This document shows positions 55,772-64,000 of a stretch of 64,000 nucleotides of DNA, one piece after another; the first letter of the stretch is position 1, and every line of letters begins with the position of its first letter. Source of the stretch: Eledone cirrhosa (taxonomy: Eukaryota); the NCBI GenBank assembly GCA_964016885.1, contig OZ024741.1, forward strand, positions 20,894,001-20,958,000, in the 5' to 3' direction. The notes under the pieces were generated by a model, which saw only the letters and a list, made by a program, of their open reading frames with translations, had not been told where the DNA came from and did no database searches. Position numbers and translations under genes: made by a program.

Positions 55772-58539
55772 TCTTCACTCCCCAAGGTCCACCATCTAAT
55801 TGGGTGTCTTAGCTGGTCTTTACTCCCCAAGTTCCACCATCTGAATGATTGTCTTAGCTGGTCTTCACTCCGCAAGTTCCACCATCTAATTGGTTGACTT
55901 AGCAGGTCTTCATTCTCAGAGTTCCACCATCTAATTGGTTGTCTTAGCTGGTCTTCACTCCCCAAGGTCCACCATCTAATTGATTGTCTTAGCTGGTCTT
56001 CACTCCCCAAGGACCACCATCTAACTGGTTATCTTAGCTGGTCTTCACTCCCCAAATGCCACCATCTAATTGGTTGTCTTAACTTGTCTTCACTCCCCAA
56101 GTTCCACCATCTAATTGGTTGTCTTAGCTGGTCTTCACTCCCCAAGTTCCATCATCTAATTGGTTGTCTTAGCTGGTCTTCACTCCCCAAGTTCCACCAT
56201 CTAATTGTTTGTCTTAGCTGGTCTTCACTCCCCAAGTTCCACCATCTAATTGGTTGTCTTAGCTGGTCTTCACTCCCCAAGTTCCATCATCTAATTGGTT
56301 GTCTTAGCTGGTCTTCACTCCCCAATTCCATCATCTAATTGGTTGTCTTAGCTGGTCTTCATTCTCCAAGTTACACCATCTAATTGGTTGTCTTAGCTGG
56401 TTTTCACTCCCCAAGTTCCACCATCTAATTAGTTGCCTTAGCTGGTCTTCACTCCCCAAGTTCCATCATCTAATTGGTTGTCTTAGCTGGTCTTCACTCC
56501 CCAATTCCATCATCTAATTGGTTGTCTTAGCTGGTCTTCACTCCCCAATTCCATCATCTAATTGGTTGTCTTAGCTGGTTTTCACTCCCCAAGTTCCACC
56601 ATCTAATTGGTTGTCTTAGCTGGTCTTCACTCCCCAAGTTCCACCATCTAATTGGTTGTCTTAGCTGGTCTTCACTCCCCAAGTTCCACCATCTAATTGG
56701 TTGTCTTAGCTGGTCTTCACTCCCAAGTTCCACCATCTAATTGGTTGTCTTAGCTGGTCTTCACTCCCCAATTCCATCATCTAATTGGTTGTCTTAGCTG
56801 GTCTTCACTCCCCAATTCCATCATCTAATTGGTTGTCTTAGCTGGTTTTCACTCCCCAAGTTCCACCATCTAATTGGTTGTCTTAGCTGGTCTTCACTCC
56901 CCAAGTTCCACCATCTAATTGGTTGTCTTAGCTGGTCTTCACTCCCCAATTCCATCATCTAATTGGTTGTCTTAGCTGGTCTTCACTCCCCAATTCCATC
57001 ATCTAATTGGTTGTCTTAGCTGGTCTTCACTCCCCAAGTTCCACCATCTAATTGGTTGTCTTAGCTGGTTTTCACTCCCCAAGTTCCACCATCTAATTAG
57101 TTGCCTTAGCTGGTTTTCTCTCCCTAAGTTCCATCATCTAATTTGTTGTCTTAGCTGGTCTTCACTCCCCAAGTTCCACCATCTAATTGGTTGTCTTAGC
57201 TGTTCTACATTCCCCAATTCCACCATGTAATTGGTTGTCTTAACTGGACTTCAGTCCTCAAGTTCCACCATCTAATTGGTTGTCTTAACTGGACTTCAGT
57301 CCTCAAGTTCCACCATCTAATTGGTTGTCTTAGCTGGACTTTATTCTCCAAGTTCCACCATCTAATTGGTTATCTTATCCGGTCTTCATTCCCTAGTTCC
57401 AATATCTAATTGGTTGTCTCAGCTCGTCTTCACTCACCAAGTCCCACCATCTAATTGGTTGTCTTAGCTTGTCTTCACTCCCCAAGTTCCACCATCTAAT
57501 TGGTTCTTTTAGCTGGGTTTCACTCCCCAAGTTCCACCATCTAATTGGTTGTCTTAGCTGGTCTTCACTCCCCAAGGTCCACCATCTAATTGATTGTCTT
57601 AGCTGGTCTTCACTCCCCAAGGTCCACCATCTAATTGGTTGTCTTAGCTGGTCTTCACTCCCCAAGGTCCACCATCTAATTGGTTGTCTTAGCTGGTCTT
57701 CACTCCCCAAGGTCCACCATCTAATTGGTTGTCTTAGCTGGTCTTTACTCCCCAAGTTCCACCATCTGATTGGTTGTCTTAGCTGGTCTTCACTCCCCAA
57801 GGTCCACCATCTAATTGATTGTCTTAGCTGGTCTTCATCCCCAAGTTCCACCATCTAATTGGTTGTCTTAGCTGGTCTTCACTCCCCAATTTCCACCATC
57901 TAATTGGGTGTCTTAGCTGGTCTTCACTCCCCAAGTTCCACAATCTAATTGGTTGTCTTAGCTGGTCTTCACTCCCCAAGTTCCACCATCTAATTGGTTA
58001 TCTTAGCTGGTCTTCACTCCCCAAGTTGCACCAGCTTATGTGTTGTCTTAGCTGGTCTTCACTCCCAAAGTTCCACCATCTAATTGATTGTCTTAGCTGG
58101 TCTTCACGCTCCACGTTCCACCATCTAATTGGTTGTCTTAGCTGGTCTCCACTCTCCAAGTTCCACCATCTAATTGGTTGTCTTAACTGGACTTCAGTCC
58201 TCAAGTTCCACCATCTAATTGGTTGTCTTAGCTGGTCTTCACTCCCCAAGGTCTACCATCTAATTGGTTGTCTTAGCTGGTCTTCACTCCCCAAGGTCCA
58301 CCATCTAATTGGTTGTCTTAGCTGGTCTTTACTCCCCAAGTTCCACCATCTGATTGGTTGTCTTAGCTGGTCTTCACTCCCCAAGGTCCACCATCTAATT
58401 GATTGTCTTAGCTGATCTTCATCCCCAAGTTCCACCATCTAATTGGTTGTCTTAGCTGGTCTTTACTCCCCATGTTCCACCATCTGATTGGTTGTCTTAG
58501 CTGATCTTCACTCTTCAAGTTGCACCATCTAATTGGTTG

Positions 58540-61500
58540 TCTTAGCTGGTCTTCAGTCTCCAAGTTCCACCATCTAATTGGTTCTCATAGCTGGTCTTAA
58601 CTCTCCAAGTTCTACCATCTAATTGGTTGTCTTAGCTGGTCTTCACTCCCCAAGTTCCACCATCTAATTGGTTGTCTTAGCTGGACTTTATTCTCCAAGT
58701 TCCACCATCTAATTGGTTATCTTAGCTGGTCTTCATTCCCAAGTTCCACAATCTAATTGGTTGTCTCAGCTGGTCTTCACTCCCCAAGTTTCACCATCTA
58801 ATTGGTTGTCTTAGCTGGTCTTCACTCCCCAAGTTCCACCATCTAATTGGTTGTTTTAGCTGGTCTTCACTCCCCAAGTTTCACCATCTAATTGGTTGTC
58901 TTAGCTGGTCTTCACTCCCCAAGGACCACCATCTAATTGGTTGTCTTAGATGGTCTTCACTCCCCAAGGTCCACCATCTAATTGGTTGTCTTAGCTGGTC
59001 TTTACTCCCCAAGTTCCACCATCTGATTGGTTGTCTCAGCTGGTCTTCACTCCCCAATTCCACCATCTAATTGGTTGTCTTAACTGGACTTCAGTCCCCA
59101 ATTTCCTCGATTTTGTTGGTTGTCTTAGCTGGTCTTCATTCCCAAGTTCCACAATTTAATTGGTTTATTAGCTGGTCTTCACTCCCCAAGTTCTACCATC
59201 TTATTGGTTGTCTTACCTGGTCTTCACTCCCCAAGTTCCAACATCTAATTGGTTGTCTTAGTTGGTCTTCACTCCCCAGGTTCCACCATCTAATTGGTTG
59301 TCTCAGCTGGTCTTCACTCCCCAAGTCCCACCATCTAATTGGTTGTCTTAGCTGGTCTTTACTCCCCAAGTTCCACAATTTAATCGTTTTTTTTAGCTGG
59401 TCTTCACTCCCCAAGTTCTACCATCTTATTGGTTGTCTTACCTGGTCTTCACTCCCCAAGTTCCAACATCTAATTGGTTGTCTTAGCTGGTCTTCACTCC
59501 CCAGGTCCCACCATCTAATTGGTTGTCTTAGCTGTTCTACATTCCCCAATTCCACCATCTAATTGGTTGTCTTAACTGGACTTCAGTCCTCAAGTTTCAC
59601 CATCTAATTGGTTGTCTTAACTGGACTTCAGTCCTCAAGTTCCACCATCTAATTGGTTGTCTTAGCTGGACTTTATTCTCCAAGTTCCACCATCTAATTG
59701 GTTATCTTAGCCGGTCTTCATTCCCTAGTTCCACAATCTAATTGGTTGTCTCAACTGGTCTTCACTCCCCAAGTCCCACCATCTAATTGGTTGCCTTAGC
59801 TGGTCTTCACTCCCCAAGTTCCACCATCTAATTGGTTGTTTTAGCTGGTCTTCACTCCCCAAGTTCCACCATCTAATTGGTTGTCTTAGCTGGTCTTCAC
59901 TCCCCAAGTTCCACCATCTAATTGGTTGTTTTAGCTGGTCTTCACTCCCCAAGTTCCACCATCTAATTGGTTGTCTTAGCTGGTCTTCACTCCCCAAGGT
60001 CCACCATCTAATTGGTTGTCTTAGCTGGTCTTCACTCCCGAAGGTCCACCATCTAATTGGTTGTCTTAGCTGGTCTTTACTCCCCAAGTTCCACCATCTG
60101 ATTGGTCGTCTTAGCTGGTCTTCACTCCCCAAGGTCCACCATCTAATTGATTGTCTTAGCTGGTCTTCATCCCCAAGTTCCACCATCTAATTGGTTGTCT
60201 TAGCTGGTCTTTACTCCCCAAGTTCCACCATCTGATTGGTTGTCTTAGCTGATCTTCACTCTTCAAGTTGCACCATCTAATTGGTTGTCTCAGCTGGTCT
60301 TCACTCTCCAAGTTCCAATTTTTAATTGGGTGTCTTAGCTGGTCTTCACTCCCCAAGTTCCACCATCGAATTGGTTGTCTTAGCTGGTCTTCACTCTGCA
60401 AGTTCCACCATCTAATTGGTTGTCTTAGCTGGTCTTCAGTCTCCAACTTCCACCATCTAATTGGTTGTCTTAGCTGGTCTTCACTCCCCAAGGTCCACCA
60501 TCTAATTGATTGTCTTAGCTGGTCTTCACTCCCCAAGGTCCACCATCTAATTGGTTGTCTTAGCTGGTCTTCACTCCCCAAGGTCCACCATATAATTGGT
60601 TGTCTTAGCTGGTCTTCACTCCCCAAGGTCCACCATCTAATTGGTTGTCTTAGCTGGTCTTTACTCCCCAACTTCCACCATCTGATTGGTTGTCTTAGCT
60701 GGTCTTCACTCCCCAAGGTCCACCATCTAATTGATTGTCTTAGCTGGTCTTCACTCCCCAAGTTCCACCATCTAATTGGTTGTCTTAGCTGGACTTTATT
60801 CTCCAAGTTCCACCATCTAATTGGTTGTCTTAGCTGGTCTTCACTCCCCAAGTACCACCATCTAATTGGTTGTCTTAGCTGGTCTTCACTCCCCAAGGTC
60901 CACCATCTAATTGGTTGTCTTAGCTGGTCTTTACTCCCCAAGTTCCACCATCTAATTGGTTGTCTTAACTGGACTTCAGTCCCCAATTTCCTCGATTTTG
61001 TTGGTTGTCTTAGCTGTTCTTCATTCCCAAGTTCCACAATTTAATTGGTTTTTTTAGCTGGTCTTCACTCCCCAAGGACCACCATCTTATTGGTTGTCTT
61101 ACCTGGTCTTCACTCCCCAAGTTCCAACATCTAATTGGTTGTCTTAGCTGGTCTTCACTCCCCAGGTTCCACCATCTAATTGGTTGTCTTAGCTGTTCTA
61201 CATTCCCCAATTCCACCATCTAATTGGTTGTCTTAACTGGACTTCAGTCCTCAAGTTCCACCATCTAATTGGTTGTCTTAGCTGGACTTTATTCTCCAAG
61301 TTCCACCATCTAATTGGTTATCTTAGCCGGTCTTCATTCCCTAGTTCCACAATCTAATTGGTTGTCTCAGCTGGTCTTCACTCCCCAAGTTTCACCATCT
61401 AATTGGTTGTCTTAGCTGGTCTTCACTCCCCAAGTTCCACCATCTAATTGGTTGTTTTAGCTGGTCTTCACTCCCCAAGTTCCACCATCTAATTGGTTGT

Positions 61501-63100
61501 ATTAGCTGGTCTTCACTCCCCAAGGTCCACCATCTAATTGATTGTCTTAGCTGGTCTTCACTCCCCAAGGTCCACCATCTAATTGGTTGTCTTAGCTGGT
61601 CTTCACTCCCCAAGGTCCACCATCTAATTGGTTGTCTTAGCTGGTCTTCACTCCCCAAGGTCCACCATCTAATTGGTTGTCTTTGCTGGTCTTTACTCCC
61701 CAAGTTCCACCATCTGATTGGTTGTCTTAGCTGGTCTTCACTCCCCAAGGTCCACCATCTAATTGATTGTCTTAGCTGGTCTTCATCCCCAAGTTCCACC
61801 ATCTAATTGGTTGTCTTAGCTGGTCTTCACTCCCCAAGGTCCACCATCGAATTGGTTGTCTTAGCTGATCTTCACTCTTCAAGTTGCACCATCTAATTGG
61901 TTGTCTCAGCTGGTCTTCACTCTCCAAGTTCCAATTTTTAATTGGGTGTCTTAGCTGGTCTTCACTCCCCAAGTTCCACCATCGAATTGGTTGTCTTAGC
62001 TGGTCTTCACTCCCCAAGGTCCACCATCTAATTGGTTGTCTTAGCTGGTCTTCACTCCCCAAGGTCCACCATCTAATTGGTTGTCTTAGCTGGTCTTCAC
62101 TCTGCAAGTTCCACCATCTAATTGGTTGTCTTAGCTGGTCTTCAGTCTCCAAGTTCCACCATCTAATTGGTTCTCATAGCTGGTCTTAACTCTCCAAGTT
62201 CTACCATCTAATTGGTTGTCTTAGCTGGTCTTCACTCCCCAAGTTCCACCATCTAATTGGTTGTCTTAGCTAGACTTTATTCTCCAAGTTCCACCATCTA
62301 ATTGGTTATCTTAGCTGGTCTTCATTCCCAAGTTCCACAATCTAATTGGTTGTCTCAGCTGGTCTTCACTCCCCAAGTTTCACCATCTAATTGGTTGTCT
62401 TAGCTGGTCTTCACTCCCCAAGTTCCACCATCTAATTGGTTGTTTTAGCTGGTCTTCACTCCCCAAGTTTCACCATCTAATTGGTTGTCTTAGCTGGTCT
62501 TCACTCCCCAAGGACCACCATCTAATTGGTTGTCTTAGATGGTCTTCACTCCCCAAGGTCCACCATCTAATTGGTTGTCTTAGCTGGTCTTTACTCCCCA
62601 AGTTCCACCATCTGATTGGTTGTCTCAGCTGGGCTTCACTCCCCAATTCCACCATCTAATTGGTTGTCTTAACTGGACTTCAGTCCCCAATTTCCTCGAT
62701 TTTGTTGGTTGTCTTAGCTGGTCTTCATTCCCAAGTTCCACAATTTAATTGGTTTATTAGCTGGTCTTCACTCCCCAAGTTCTACCATCTTATTGGTTGT
62801 CTTACCTGGTCTTCACTCCCCAAGTTCCAACATCTAATTGGTTGTCTTAGTTGGTCTTCACTCCCCAGGTTCCACCATCTAATTGGTTGTCTTAGCTGTT
62901 CTACATTCCCCAATTCCACCATCTAATCGGTTGTCTTAACTGGACTTCAGTCCTCAAGTTCCACCATCTATTTGGTTGTCTTAACTGGACTTCAGTCTTC
63001 AAGTTCCACCATCTAATTGGTTGTCTTAGCTGGACTTTATTCTCCAAGTTCCACCATCTAATTGGTTATCTTAGCCGGTCTTCATTCCCTAGTTCCACAA
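58540..63100 (-). repeat. Duplicated block of diverged monomers, offset 3,589 bp
   Basis: ORF pairs 58881/62470 and 59071/62660. Shared TTCTCATAGCTGGTCTTAAC, TTTCCTCGATTTTGTTGG and GGTTTATTAG. Confidence 0.85.
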
Positions 63101-64000
63101 TCTAATTGGTTGTCTCAGCTGGTCTTCACTCCCCAAGTCCCACCATATAATTGGTTGTCTTAGCTGGTCTTCACTCCCCAAGTTCCACAATTTAATCGTT
63201 TTTTTTAGCTGGTCTTCACTCCCCAAGTTCTACCATCTTATTGGTTGTCTTACCTGGTCTTCACTCCCCAAGTTCCAACATCTAATTGGTTGTCTTAGCT
63301 GGTCTTCACTCCCCAGGTCCCACCATCTAATTGGTTGTCTTAGCTGTTCTACATTCCCCAATTCCACCATCTAATTGGTTGTCTTAACTGGACTTCAGTC
63401 CTCAAGTTCCACCATCTAATTGGATGTCTTAACTCGACTTCAGTCCTCAAGTTCCACCATCTAATTGGTTGTCTTAGCTGGACTTTATTCTCCAAGTTCC
63501 ACCATCTTATTGGTTATCTTAGCCGGTCTTCATTCCCTAGTTCCACAATCTAATTGGTTGTCTCAACTGGTCTTCACTCCCCAAGTCCCACCATCTAATT
63601 GGTTGCCTTAGCTGGTCTTCACTCCCCAAGTTCCACCATCTAATTGGTTGTTTTAGCTGGTCTTCACTCCCCAAGATCCACCATCTAATTGGTTGTCTTA
63701 GCTGGTCTTCACTCCCCAAGGTCCACCATCTAATTGGTTGTCTTAGCTGGTCTTCACTCCCGAAGGTCCACCATCTAATTGGTTGTCTTAGCTGGTCTTC
63801 ACTCCCGAAGGTCCACCATCTAATTGGTTGTCTTAGCTGGTCTTCACTCCCCAAGATCCACCATCTAATTGGTTGTTTTAGCTGGTCTTCACTCCCCAAG
63901 ATCCACCATCTAATTGGTTGTCTTAGCTGGTCTTCACTCCCGAAGGTCCACCATCTAATTGGTTGTCTTAGCTGGTCTTTACTCCCCAAGTTCCACCATC

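Larger units (their letters stand above)
34871..64000 (-). repeat. 45-bp tandem satellite array, right arm (same monomer, inverted), open at window end
   Basis: The + strand reads ATCTAATTGGTTGTCTTAGCTGGTCTTCACTCCCCAAGTTCCACC, the reverse complement of the left-arm consensus. The WWNLGSEDQLRQPIR ORFs switch to the - strand from 34,951 onward. Confidence 0.99.

Noticed and set aside
1090-62926. Antisense ORFs encoding (FHHLIGCLSWSSLPK)n
   Set aside because: Same artefact on the opposite strand. The His/Cys content does not match a zinc-finger or LRR spacing.
352-63989. ORFs encoding (WWNLGSEDQLRQPIR)n, up to 294 aa
   Set aside because: A 45-bp unit with one stop-free frame produces these automatically. 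Most starts are TTG within the repeat, stops and 31/44-bp frameshifts are frequent and amplified, and there are no unique termini, splice context or promoter.
1-64000. CRISPR array (conserved dyad-containing part plus variable part)
   Set aside because: The variable segment is the same sequence with a few substitutions rather than unique spacers. The period is only 45 bp, and there is no leader or cas gene.
1-64000. G-quadruplex from GGTGGAACTTGGGG
   Set aside because: At best a two-tetrad motif. The GGGG tract is among the most variable parts of the monomer (GGAG, AGAG), which argues against constraint.
1-64000. Telomeric repeat or CENP-B box
   Set aside because: There are no tandem TTAGGG-type hexamers (TTAGAGGG is an isolated deletion junction). 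The consensus has no CpG, so it cannot match the CENP-B box.
1-64000. Assignment to a named satellite family, organism or functional centromere
   Set aside because: I do not recognise the monomer. A BLAST/Dfam/Repbase search and CENP-A data would be needed.

Overview
The whole 64-kb window is one 45-bp tandem satellite, consensus GGTGGAACTTGGGGAGTGAAGACCAGCTAAGACAACCAATTAGAT (21/45 GC, 30/45 purine, no CpG), with roughly 1,400 monomers by length. I saw no unique sequence, gene, RNA gene, transposon or CRISPR spacer. The array runs in + orientation from 1 to ~34,873, then flips with no spacer and runs in - orientation to the end of the window. The two arms are not mirror images: they carry different diagnostic variants and different higher-order repeats, so two separately homogenised subfamilies meet at a convergent junction with a 3-bp TGG overlap. 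Each monomer holds a 9-bp imperfect inverted repeat that abuts the junction, plus an overlapping CCAAT/TAATTG motif. Recent duplications from 180 bp to ~8 kb offset are visible through shared private variants. All listed ORFs are artefacts of a 45-bp (15-codon) unit lacking stops in one frame per strand. This looks like eukaryotic heterochromatic or (peri)centromeric satellite DNA, but I cannot name the organism or family. I found no protein-coding system; the interest lies in the array architecture. Boundaries were read by eye and from ORF-track offsets, so they are approximate.
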